DNA from: Bigelowiella natans CCMP2755
Taxonomy: Eukaryota > Protista > Cercozoa
Assembly (NCBI GenBank): GCA_000320545.1
Contig: ADNK01001564.1
Location: forward strand, 1 to 40,699
Length of the DNA stretch: 40,699 bases
Direction: 5' to 3'
Shown piece after piece: positions 12,819-25,520 of the stretch. Every line of letters begins with the position of its first letter. The stretch's first letter is position 1. The notes below the pieces were generated by a model. The model was not told where the DNA came from and ran no database searches. It worked only from the letters and a program-made list of their open reading frames with translations. Made by a program: the position numbers and the translations under genes.

Positions 12819-14864
12819 CATAAATATATTTAAATATATATTCTATACATGTGCAGGTTTTCATGTCATATCCATTCTTTGTATGCTGTACTACTTGACG
12901 CTCATAAGAACTTAACCCCCCCCCCCCCCACCTCCCCATTCCTACCCACCTAATGCACAGGGCCGCGGAGGTTGGAAATCGTTTGAAACGGAAGGGGGGT
13001 AACGAGTAGAGCGTTCCAAGCAGCCCCGAAGCAACCAACGTGAACTTGCAAATCAAGGCAGCAGCAGCAGCAGCAGATATGAACGTGAACTTGCAAATCA
13101 AGGCAGCAGCAGCAGCAGCAGATATGAAGGCCATTTATAAGAAGAGACAAAGAGAAAGAAAACTCGGAGAATGCTATCTTAACCTAACGAAGAGAGTGGC
13201 CCCCCCCCCCCCCCCCCCCACCCCCCTCCTCTACACCCATCCCGATTCACGGGTTTACACGAATCCATTTTACCTGAAGGGGGGCTGTGGTGACTCCAGG
13301 TAAAAACCTTTTTTTAAATTAAAAAAGGCATGAAATTATCAATATATCGTCGAGCATTGATAGATGGATGGAAATCGCCCACTACAGTGCCGGTGCTCGA
13401 GAATTAGCGTGTTTATCAGATCGATGGTAACGGGGGTAGGAGAGGGAGGAGGGGGAGGAAGTGGAGAAAAGGAATAACGAAAAGAATCTGTCGGCTACTT
13501 GACATACCCAATAAGCAATCCTGCGATCAGAGATGTCAAAATGACGCCAATTGCCTACACGAAATCGTCAGGAAAGTTGATTGATTTGTATGTGCTTTCT
13601 CCATAAGCGCGGACATTTATTCCGCATTTTGTAGCCATGGTAGTGGTGGTGGCGGTGGTGGTGGTAGTGGTGTGTGTGTGTGTGTGTATTGCTATTTTGC
13701 TCATGTTGGATGCTTTATTGTAAGTACCTGTTTCATTGACATTGCCCCACTTGCGAGTGGTAGATTGGGTTTATTCACCTATGGGTCAAATACACACACA
13801 CAAACACACACACAAACACATGAAAAGATAATCCAGCTGGCACATCAAACACATCCACACACATAAGCAACACTTCCAGAGCAAGCTGAAGTTTCCAGCA
13901 GCACCTTGTCTATAGATACGTCAGTGACTTGGTTCAATCCCACAATGTATACGTTCAGAAGCAGTGCCGAGATTAACGTCGGAGCCACCACCTTCACAAA
14001 GTACAGCATATCTTATTAGCAGTATCCGAATCGACTTTACACTATCTTCTAAACTCCCCCCCCCGCCCCCACTCCCCCCCCCCCTCCCACCTCCCTCTGT
14101 ACCTTGAGGAATAGCGGCGAGAGGGCGAAGAGCATACCGACGTTTGATGGAATCATCATCATATGTAGAGCGACGACGCTTGTGATAGTGCCTGAGCAGG
14201 AATGCGAAGGACTTTGTCATCATCGCTTTCAATCAACAGCTAAAGAGAACGCTTGCTGCTCTAGCAAACAGACGAATGACCGATGATTGTGTGAGGCCGC
14301 GAGAATTTCCACAAAGTAGCGAGTGCCTTTTTACTAGCCGCCACTGACTCATTAACCTGAATTGCCCACAAAATGCACGAAGATCTCTCATCATTCAGAG
14401 TTTGGAGCCGCAAGAAGATGATATTCGAGTAGTACGTATTGAAGCAATCCAGCCGATCTGTCGGAATCTGCACTAGGGATCGACGCAGAGCTGAATGCTG
14501 AAAAACAATGATATAAAAAACACATACCCACACACATACACACACACACAAATAAGCAGTGTAGGTGAAGAATTGTTAGTGAATCAGAGCTTGAGACAGC
14601 GGAACTACCATGATTATTGGATGCGACGATGCTCCTCTCTCGATTTTGCAATAGAGGCATTGATACCCCCTTACGGACAGGGCCAAAGCCCATGGAGGCT
14701 GCCGAAAATGGCCTCGAGGACGACGTGCCATCTCGCGGTGTTGCTATCAACCGAGCTTGTGTCCTCTTATTGAAGCTTTGTGTGGAACGCACATTTTGTC
14801 GCGCAATTTGAGTAGTGGCAGGAGTCGCATAGGCTGCAATCGAAACCAGCCACAACAGAAGCAT
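10253..14864 (-). CDS. HPT: Plastid-targeted UbiA-family homogentisate prenyltransferase, most like homogentisate phytyltransferase (VTE2/HPT)
   Basis: Spliced motifs [79 protein letters not shown] and YYMHLWKMFYLSY. Signal peptide MLLLWLVSIAAYA is followed by an S/R-rich transit region. HPT versus HST is not certain. Confidence 0.85.
13037..13128. repeat. Perfect 45-bp tandem duplication spanning an HPT 3' splice site
   Basis: AACGTGAACTTGCAAATCAAGGCAGCAGCAGCAGCAGCAGATATG x2. Confidence 0.95.
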
Positions 14865-15236
14865 GAGAGCTGTCCCAGCGGTTATCCCGTGGTATCCCGA
14901 TCGTTATGTTCGAATAAAACTACACTGTCTAGCCACAGTGTCCTCTCTTGTTTCTTGCTCGTTTCGCTCACTCGATGTCGCTGAATTCCTCAAGAAGCAT
15001 CTCAGTGCCTGGCACCTGCATTAATCGGCAAAGAAAGATCCAAGGTGAGGTCAAAAGGCCTTGTGCAGCGGAAATGTGCACCACCCACAGCTGCAAGTTG
15101 CAAATAGTCTCCCCCTTCCAGCGGCTTGGTGAGTGAGTCGGCGTTGGTGGAGGGAAAAGGGCCCAAAAATCCCTAAACCTCACCGTGCAGACTACGTCGG
15201 CGACAGTCGTCTCACAAAGGGGGTTTGATTATATAA

Positions 15237-15502
15237 CTGCGACAACAAATTGGACGAGTCTCTTTTCAAAAACTCAGGGCGTTCACCGACGCGGTCCTTT
15301 TAGTTGACTTACCTAAGACCCAGGGAGGCAATGGTAGTCGCGGAACTGGTTCTTAGGCAATTCTGGCTGAAATCAATGTCGCAGCGACGCGGAGGTGAAG
15401 ATTTCGGAATTCGCTGTCGAAATGAAAGTGTGCCTTGCCAAGACGCCCACGCGGAATCCAGTCCATTTTTTTACACGAAATAGCAAAAAAAGCTTGTCGC
15501 AG
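15237..15502. promoter_or_regulatory. Divergent promoter region HPT/myosin with three TGTCGCAG motifs (15237 minus; 15377 and 15495 plus)
   Basis: Motif orientation matches the direction of each flanking gene. Confidence 0.55.
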
Positions 15503-15582
15503 CATGTGATATGAAGAGACATCGCCTCTGGCAGTTCTCAGCAAATCAGAGAAAATTTTGGAGATCGTTCAAACCACCAACT

Positions 15583-18500
15583 ATGGCCGTGAACTTCCGA
15601 TTTGCAAAGACCGATGTAGGAGTCTCGGGCGTGATGGAACGGGCAAGAGATCAGAAGGGGTTGGAGATGGCCAGGATTGATTCCAAGAACAAGGACAAGA
15701 AGCAAGGAAGTCAAAGTAAAGTGTAGCTACCTACTTCATCATGACAACATAGTTGAGCTAAAATGTGGACATTACAGTAGCGAAATCGGACTTTGATGAC
15801 ATGGTTTTCATGCCGGTATTTAATTTGTACACTAATGTTTGTCTATTCGAGTTATTGTCCCAAACATTCAATAGTATTTGGCAAATTAGTTCGTCGCAAA
15901 GCACAATGCATAGAATCTAACACTAACCATTGACCCTTGCACCACAGTCACATGGCATCTTAGAGATTTCATTGAAACTTGATGTCTGAATGGCTGACTA
16001 ACACCAATTGATTCAACTGCGTCATATGTGCCTTAGATATTCACGGGAGAGTTAGCTGTTCAAAACGTTATCACTCGATTCAAGAAGAAGAGGATCTACA
16101 CAAATGTTTCCTCCATCCTAATCTCTGTAATCGATTTTAATCCGTTAATTTATTTGTTATAGATTAATGATGATGGTTCAAACAAATATATTACACATAT
16201 ATCAAAAGGTAAATCCCTACCAAGACCTAGGATTGTACACAAAGGACTTCTATGATTTTTACCGATATGATACGAGAAAGGGTACATGAATATCTTGAAT
16301 GTGCAATGAAGAAGCTCATGTCTCCATTTTCAGAAGAGTTTCCACCTCATATATTCAACATTGCCCGTTCGGCGTTTAGACAAATGGTTCTTAACCTTGA
16401 TATTATTTCAACGTAACACACTGAGCTCAGATTTATAAATATGGTAGCTATTTCCGAAGGGCGAAGAGAAAAACCAGTCAATTCTAATTAGGTAATTAAG
16501 TTGTAAGATGAGTATATTTTAAGTTAGAGATTAATTTATACCTTAAGTGGTGAGAGTGGGGCTGGTAAAACTGAAGCAACAAAGCTGCTACTGAGATACT
16601 TCGCATTGCAAAGCGGAATCATATCGGGTAAAGCTATTTACGTTCTTGTAATCATAAGCTCGAATAATAAATAGTATATCGTACGCTAGGAAATCAACGT
16701 GAAGAAAGAGTTAGCGAAACAATCAAACATAGATGCAGTCAGATAGGACGCTCTGCGTCTCTCGAACAAAAAATTATTCAGGTTTATGATATCGAAATTG
16801 ATGAGAATAGAGCTCATAGAATACTGTAAATATAGGCGAATCCTATTCTCGAAGCATTTGGAAACGCAAAAACCACTCGAAATGATAATAGCAGGTTTGT
16901 TTTTAATATGCAACATTTCGTTTACATTTCTAACTATTGTCTATTTATCTAAGCCGTTTCGGGCGGTGGCTTAACATATACTTCAACAGGAAGGGACAGG
17001 TTTCATCATAGAGTTTTGAAATCTTGAATACCTAATTTTTGAGATAGTTCATCTCATCTAATATCATTCTTGATGTATATTAGATTCAAATGTCGAGTAT
17101 TACAAATTATCTTCTAGAAGAGTCTCGAGTCACGTATCAGGACAAAGGCGAACGAAATTTCAATATTTTTTACCTTGCGTGTGCTTCTTGGGAGAAAGAG
17201 GATAAAGTTTCTAGAGAGGTGTCATACATGACCTGCCACATTCCACTAGGCTTCATAATTATAAATTTGATAGGGTAAAATCAAGGCCAATACATTTTCA
17301 TATCTCAATAAGTCTGGGTAAGAGGATATTAAAGATTGCCGCATTTCGACAGGTAGCAAAATCATTTTTTTGTCAGCTGCTTCACTGTCCCTGGGAGGGA
17401 TGACTATGAGATGTGTAAAGAGTTGAAGAGGTAATTATTGTTTATATATGGCCAAGTCATGTCCCTTAATTAAGACTGTAATTAAAGGTGTTTTAGAGAA
17501 GTAGGTTTCTCCGATGACGAGCAAAAGACAGTATGAAAATTTGAAGATTCTCCTACAGTCTTTTAATGACAAAGATATAAATCATCAGGTTTTTAAAGTT
17601 GTCGAGGCTGTGTTGAACTTAGGAAATATAGAATTCAAAGCAGGACCCGTTGTTCAAGGTCTGCTTGGTTCGCAAGTAAAAGAACTCATCGATTATTATT
17701 ATTATTTTCCCTTCCAATAAAAAGGAAAATCTTCTTCACGCATAACAGAAGAATCAGCTCATTTTGCTACCCAGGTCAACAAACCAAGATTAGATCCATA
17801 TTTGATTACTCATATTCCTGAAGAAAATATTAATTTGTTTCTGTTTTTAGGCTGCAGAATGTCTAGGTGTTAATCCGGATTCTATGAAACGGGCCCTTGT
17901 CACGGAAATTCTCTCGATGTCCAGTGGTTAGGGCATAAGTCAGAATCTTTTGCATCAGGCTAAGAAATTTGAAGACCCACAAATTTAGGTTCGATGTATT
18001 TGCTTCCACGAGATATAAAGTCTGCGAAAGGAAACAGGTGACTGTTAACCAATTAACATTGATTCAAATCCAAACCAATCATCTTTCATAAGGTGTATTG
18101 TCCACTGGTATCTTATTTTTGCGTCTACTTTGAACATGAAGAGACTCGATTTCGAAGTCGGTCTACGGGCACTTATTCAACTGGCTCATAAAGTCCATTA
18201 ACAAAGCGTTCCAAAGTGTGTTAATTTGTAAGCAAGAGAATATCGTTGACTTCCTTATTGTTAGGCAACTATGGAGGATCATTCTTGGACAATGAGATGA
18301 AAGTTATCGGTATTTGCTTAGGATTCACTAGATTCACTTCCAAACAGGTAAACTGAATAATCAGGAATTCTGGATATATTCGGATTTGAATGCTTTGAGC
18401 ACAATAGTTTTGAGCAGGTCCTGAATAAGTTGGTTACTTGTAATATATCGTCATCCCTCACATGACAGCCCGATTCTTATTCGATTAGTTATGCATTAAT

Positions 18501-21500
18501 CTAGCAAATGAGAAGTTGCAGCAGTACTTTGTCCGCCAAGGTAAAATATTTATGTTTATAAGTTATAATTGAAACGTAGAAATTACACCATCTCCTAATA
18601 GTGTTTAAGATGGAATTGAAGCTTTATCAAGAAGAAAAGATCGACGTGCAATCAATTCCATATCCAGTATGGTAGACACGTAAATACTGTAAAACTTTGA
18701 CACAGTTGAGAATCTCACTTCTCTCCGCATAGGATAATAGCGATACGTTGGCATTGCTTGAGATGAAAAACGGCGTGTTCCCTTTGTTAAAGGATGAGCT
18801 CAAGATAAAGACAGGGTATTCCAAATGATGAATTAATTATAGTGTATCCTAAATGTAGTAAATATAGATCAGATGAAAATTATGCTGCCAAGTTACAAAA
18901 GCTGCAAGCAGGACACCCTAAGTTCACTGCTCCAAGGTTAGCATTCATGCATTACACTATTGGAAAGTAATGACGTATTTTGATTGTTTAGAATGAGTGG
19001 CGACGTTCATTTTATGATTCATCACTTCTCTGAGCCAGTCAAATACTCTGCAAAAGGTGCGAATCCGACGCACAATATGTTTTCCGAAATTTTCTTAATC
19101 TTTTGCGAAAAGGCTTTTTGGAGAAGAATCGGTCTAAGCTCACATCTGATGTTGAAGATATGCTCAGGTCCTAAATACAAATTTATGCATTTTAGGAAAA
19201 TTGGTGTTCTTGATTAATTGTTTTACTCTTTGATAAACCTGGTCATAGGTCTACAAAGGATCCTATAGTCTCGTCGATGATCACGGAGGTACTTTTTCTT
19301 CGTTGCCATTTTATTTTGAATGAAAGCATGCTTTTGTATTTCGAGTTAATCTCTGTATTTATATTTCCTGAATCCTACCAGGAGGGAACTAATGTAAAGC
19401 GAAGGAGACGTAGTAGAGCCCAACCTCCAGCATCAACAGGAAGAAACAGACGACGAAAGAAGGTATGGTAATCCAGGCACGGGAAATTCTTAGGCGTGTG
19501 TTTAAACTGTGATGTATACTAGGGAGCTCAAATGAGTCTGGCTGCATCTTTCCAAACACAAGTATGAGAATGCAAATAATGCCAGTATTCGAAATTCCCT
19601 CTGATTTGAAATCTATTGTTCGCAGCTGAACTCGTTGATGACTACAATCAAGAAAACAGAATCGCATTTTATTCGATGTATCAAGCCGAATGCAAGAAAA
19701 ATACCTTTAACCGCAGATCAAGACGTTCGTTGCTTTCCAAACATACCTTCATCAAACTTATAACTTTGATATATGTAATTTTTCAGGAGGTAATGCGTCA
19801 GATGTCGACATGTGGGATCATTGATGCTGTAACAGTGCGAAAACTAGGCATGTTATTATTTACAATGGCAAAATATCTTCAACGCATTTCTTCTCAAACT
19901 TCTTACTATAACAGGCTACACAATGAGAATGTCACACTGGAACTTTTTTAAACGGTCGGTGATTGTTGCACAGAGTAAGAAAAATCTTTCTTCATGGATG
20001 ATCATACTTAGGTATGGCATCATCAAAGTCGGATCTTTATTTTGGGAAAAAGGTTAGACATAAGAAAGAGGCGCAACTGAAAAAGGACTCAAATATATTT
20101 GTTAAAGGAATAGATTTTCGAGCCGAAAACTTAAAAATTTGCGAAAAAGCAGAGAAACAAATTCCAGAATACATAAAGGACACATTTAAGATCAAGTTGT
20201 GGCAATCAGGTGACATTTTTGCATGATCCATATTCTTTTCGCAATTAATGACAAACTCCTTTTAGGCACAAATTTAATGTTCTACAAGGCAGAGATGGAG
20301 ATGAAGCTAGAAGAATTACTGGTAAGAAGGTTTTCGACAGTTCGTGAGTAATATTTGCATTACAATGGTCGACAATAATATCCCAGATGGACAGTTGGCA
20401 AGGCGCTGCGAAGCGAATCACCTCAATGGTATTACAAATCATCGGCAAACTATAAAATTGTACAGCATGGTATCATGTCCAGGTCAAAATGTGGCTGATA
20501 AGGAAGAACTATCTCAAAATGAGGGATGCCTACAGAACTCTCGTATGTGAATGAATACCCAAAAGCAACAGGGAAAGTTTGTATAATGCAAAATTTTAGG
20601 TACATACCTTAGAGCAACCTGAAGTCCAGCTGCAAACTTTAGAAGGTGAGAAGACCAGTCGGTGTTCTCAGATAAATATTGATAAGCCGATTCTCTAACC
20701 TATGTTTGTTTTCTAGGATGTCTTCATTCTTGTGAAAAATTTAGTGTTCCTGAAAGGTGGTCGACTGTTGAAAATTCAACTTAGGACAGAGACGATATTC
20801 AGATTCGGAATAAACATCACTATTTCTCACTGTAAAGATTTCTTACATTCGCGAAAAAGACGGTGGAGGCATTGTCGTCTTCCAAACAGACTTTGAGGTT
20901 CTTTGTTGATATTTATACCTCGTAAACCTTTAATGCCCGGTTAATGCTACAACCCTAATGCTACAGACTTGCCTTTGAAACAAAATCCAAATCGATACCA
21001 GGTTTTGGGCCGCTTTACATGTAACTCAACATTATTCGTTATTGTTCAATTTTTTGGCAGAGAGACTTTCTTTAATGCACAAGGCTATCACTATGGCAGC
21101 TTTGGGGGAAAACTCCAGAAAGAGTGATTTCAGAAGAAGATTTATATTGACGCCTCAATGGCATAATGCTAAATTTTATACTCTCAGGTATTAACATATT
21201 ACAAGATATGATTCCACTTCTGGAAAGACTCCACATGCTCTCTCCGAAGTTTATTGAAAAGGTGCATTGTTAATTTTACATACTCATCTAATTTTGAATC
21301 TTTACTTGCAGATCGCGGAAATAAAAAAATGTCAACTCGTCGCAGCTAGTGCAAGGACCTCAGCAGTTAAAGTGAAAAACGCCGTAGCCGCTGTCCAAAA
21401 AATGGGTCGCAACACTGTAGCAATTAGATTGCACAAGAATATCCTAAGCCGTGTTTGTTTATTTTGTTCGGATTGATGCTAGGCATGCCTGGTATTCCGT

Positions 21501-23273
21501 TACTCCAAGATGCTATTACGGAAGCAGATAGAATTGTGAAAGAAGCTCACTTCCTGAGTCTTCGGTAGTATACAATTTATATATTGGGGTTATTGAAGCT
21601 AATAGACCTGACGTTGCTAGATCTGAAGCAAGGGAGCTGGATCAAACCGTAAAGGATGCAAATGGAATCATGAAAGTAACAACACAACAAAACAAAGATT
21701 CAAAAGTATTCAAGTTAAACCTTTATTTGCAAAAAGGCAACACTGGACCAGCTAAACAGAGCAGAGAGGGAAGCAGCGAATCTCGATATGAAAAGGCGCG
21801 CAAAGGAAATCAAAGAAGCGGGTTTGGTTGTTACATCTGACATACTAGGATTGATAGTCAAATGTAACAAAAACTTCGATACTCACGGACAACAAATTTG
21901 ATAGAAAGTGCCGGTAGAGATCTCGAGAGCACCCGGCAGAAAGAGATTGAGGCACTAGTTGCCGAAAGGCTTCGGGTTATCATGGAAAAAGAAGAGAAAA
22001 AGAGGGCCATATTTGCAAAAGAGCTTGAAGAAAAGTAGAGATTTAACTATATCATCAGTAAATGTCTATTTACAACTTCATCTAATCAGGTATATGAGGC
22101 AAATACAAGAAATGAAAATAGAATTGAAGCACAAGGGTATGAACCTTGCCATCAAGCATAGGAAGGTAATTCTAATATATGGCTCTCATTATAGATGATG
22201 AAGTTATTGATCTGCAGAATATTCTTGAGAAGGTACACGATGAATCACAGCCCTATTTCCCGGGGGTTCATGCTGTTCATGATGAGAATTAATTGTTTCT
22301 TAGCAACGAGATGATATTGCACAAAGATATGTCGAAGCAAAACAGACAACGAGGAGGTTTGCTCCAAACCATTTTGATAACACTTTTTCGTCACATTCAT
22401 CAGCATATTTTACAGATACGAAGACATTTTCAATCCTAAAACATTGCAAGGATCACTCAAAGCTGCAATTATCAAGCATTCAGAATGTATAGAAGACCCC
22501 TCAGTGCTTATCTCATGGTACTCGTCAGTGGTTTTCAAAGGTTAGCTTGCAAAATATGTTGTTAAATTCTCTCAAAGATAGTTAATACTATTTTCCTTCA
22601 TTCACGACAGGCTTGAATGCAAAGCCGCTTTCACAGGTTAAATGGCCATGGCTTTTGTGTTTTTAACATCAGGCTAAACTTTAATCAAATTTTCTCTTTG
22701 CAGTCACTACAACTTCTTCAAATTCAAACAATTATTGGAAGATCGGAGGTCTGAAATTGATTAAATTTGATGGATCCATAAATCCCGAAGACGATAGAAC
22801 TCGCTAATCATAGGTACAGTCTGCTGGAGTGGTCCCTTATCTAGAAAAGGCAATTCATTTTATGACAGATGGACAAAATGAAGAGGAAGGTAATGCCTGT
22901 GATGCCAGAATTTTTAGTTTTTTTTTACCCGTTATGTATGGACATATCAACATATCAACAATGGAATGGTTTCAGACTGTGACGAGTCTGCAGATGCACA
23001 TATCCCTCCACCCTCGCCTCCTTCAGACTCTCCTCCGCCATCTCCTCCCTCTGAAAGCGTAACAAAATATGAAAACTTTCATCGCGATATTGATGATATG
23101 AGCGCGTCTAGTGAAGGAGAACCCTTACCCCCCCCTCCTCCGCCAAATGGTAGAAAAGTTATTAATCACCTGTCACCAAAGTGAGTGTTATATTGAATTT
23201 TATTGCAGACATTGATGATATGGATGGCTTTGCAGAGAGCATGGCCAGCATCTTACCACCTCCTCCTGAATAA
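15583..23273 (+). CDS. Myosin heavy chain: motor domain, degenerate IQ-like neck, helical/coiled-coil tail, Pro-rich C-terminus; about 58 exons
   Basis: Motifs DDM, IYT...[83 protein letters not shown] and HFIRCIKPN. All exons join in frame to TAA at 23271-23273. Confidence 0.95.
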
Positions 23274-23469
23274 CACGCAAGCGCAGCATTCTAATTCATA
23301 CAAGCCTGTCTATTGCTCTAGTCTCGAACAATAATAACAGGGGCATCCGCAAGATGTGTGCTTGGTTTATCATTCATATTGTCCGCGAGCATATTTGGTG
23401 TTAATCAGCCATTAGGCAACTCATTAAGCAAAACATTCCACTTTGTGCAATTAATGCATTGAGATGTGA

Positions 23470-24070
23470 GGCTGCGCGCTAGCGCGCGGGGACATTTAGC
23501 TTGTCATATCTAGATGTACGTGAGCCTACATTGTCTACTGACATCAACACACATCGGACTTAGAGCAACTACCATGCCAAGCAAGCTAGTACATCCGTTG
23601 TAAGAAATCATAATTGACTTCTACTACAAGTCTAGAGGCCTGGCTAGCTGGAGCGCCAAAAACCTTTTGGATTGCCAGATACCCATTCGCATCGATTTTC
23701 GCGTCCGGCTAGTCGGCACTGCAAAGCGATGTTGAGCGCGAAATACACCTTTCTAGCTATTGTGGTGAATCATGTCGCAACAATAACATTCGCTAGCTGT
23801 CTCTGCAAATATAGATATGTCTAGACTAGTGGACTAGATGGTCCCCACTAGCTAGTTAACTCATGCTAGCATGCGTGTAGCTTTCAACACCATCTGCACA
23901 TATCTATATGTGTCTAGATGTGCAAGTAGGCAGCTGTACTATGCAACGTGCACACGCGTATACATGTCATGTATAGCTAAATAGCTAGATAGGGAGACAT
24001 ATCCCTACATTTACCTACTTTTAGACAATTACGCGGCACTTGCTAGACTTGCTAGCTTGTGTAAGACAGG
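23470..24070. repeat. CTAG-dense intergenic tract between convergent myosin and HVA22 genes
   Basis: About 18 CTAG in ~600 bp. Confidence 0.8.
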
Positions 24071-24108
24071 CTTGTAATTTGCACCATTGTTGCATTGTAG
24101 AAATGGTT

Positions 24109-24751
24109 TCATTTCGACACGCCTAGCAGTGTAATTACATAATAAACATGCTCCTTGCTTTCAGCTAGGTAAACCATGATATTTGTTGTTGGAACGCAAG
24201 TTGACGTGCAAAGCATGCAGATATACGGTGGAACATTGTAGACTTTGGTGTAGTTTATAGCGAAACATACACGTGACAGGTTTAAGCGGCTTTTGTTATC
24301 AACGTAGACATCGGTCTTTGCCATACCTTTTTCCTCATCATTAATTCTTTTTCTCCGCGGAGGCATCGAAGAAGTTGTGTTGGACGAGAGACACGAAGCC
24401 GGTGATGTTTTTGCTCTGAAAAACGGTATCGATTCCATCAGCGGCTAAGCTTGTTCGAACAACAGCACTCTTGCTCTTTTTTTTAAATGCGCTCCAAAAT
24501 CACAAGAAAACCATCATTAATAACGCCTTTGGATGACTATCTAATGGCTTCTTCTCGATTTCTATTCTAGCCCTCCAGAGGGGCCAGGGAGGGATAATAA
24601 CAAAGCATTGTGTATTTTTGAACGGAAATCCGTCCTTTGATTGTGTGACGTACGTATGTGATGTAGTTGATCTGCTCAGGAGCGCTTTGCCACGGAGCAG
24701 CAGCGTACTGAAAACGATGGACCTATGAAAAAACATATAAATAATATATAA

Positions 24752-24787
<36 letters not shown>

Positions 24788-25480
24788 ATATATATTTATA
24801 TCAAGTAACATGATTTGCATGAATTTGTCGGTTGCTGATGATACACGCTAGCACGTACGTGAAGGCCGAAGATCGGACATAATATGTGCAAGAATATGTA
24901 CTCCGCCCCGTGGAAAAATGGGATTTGCAGCCAAACGATGAAGGGAAGCGCGATTTTATACCTATAAGAGATATATCCATTTCACGGTGTGCGTACTAAT
25001 GAATGCATAGCTTCGTGGGTGATGAGCCGAGTCAGTATCGGCGTGGAAATAAAAATATTTTAAAATATATTTCCGTGCTGGCAATTCTGAAGCGGGGTAC
25101 TGTGTATCTTCTTATGTTTCGATCTGGATTCTGCTACTGTCACCACTACTGCTATCACCACTACTACTACTATTACCATTACCATTGCTACTACTTCAAA
25201 TCTACTACTACTACTACTACTACTACCACATGTCCCGAAACCAGTACGAATCGTCCAGAAGGTTGTCATACCTATCACGAGTAATGCTGACGTGTTCTTG
25301 CTTCCCAACACCCATTCGTAGATGAGAGCTCATATACCATCGCATTGCTTTGTGGTACGCGAGCATATGCAGAGTGACATCGTGCGGTATTACAATCTAG
25401 TTATTTATATCAGCTCTCTGTGGGGCTGCTACCATACGTCTGTGAAGTGTACGCAAGCGAATACTACCCAGTATCTGTTG

Positions 25481-25520
<40 letters not shown>

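Noticed and set aside
10850-13870. Strand bias of (TG)n/(CT)n repeats relative to transcription
   Set aside because: Both orientations occur within the same gene, e.g. in the HPT introns.
5562-14864. Functional lipid/tocopherol gene cluster (elongase plus HPT)
   Set aside because: Different compartments and pathways, separated by rbfA, with no other pathway genes present.
21100-21187. Non-canonical GG donor in the myosin tail
   Set aside because: A canonical GT donor (GTGATT, ~21124) in the same phase is available.
15583-23273. Possible stop-codon reassignment or pseudogene, since the myosin has no long ORF
   Set aside because: All in-frame stops fall inside short introns, and the spliced frame is open in the standard code.
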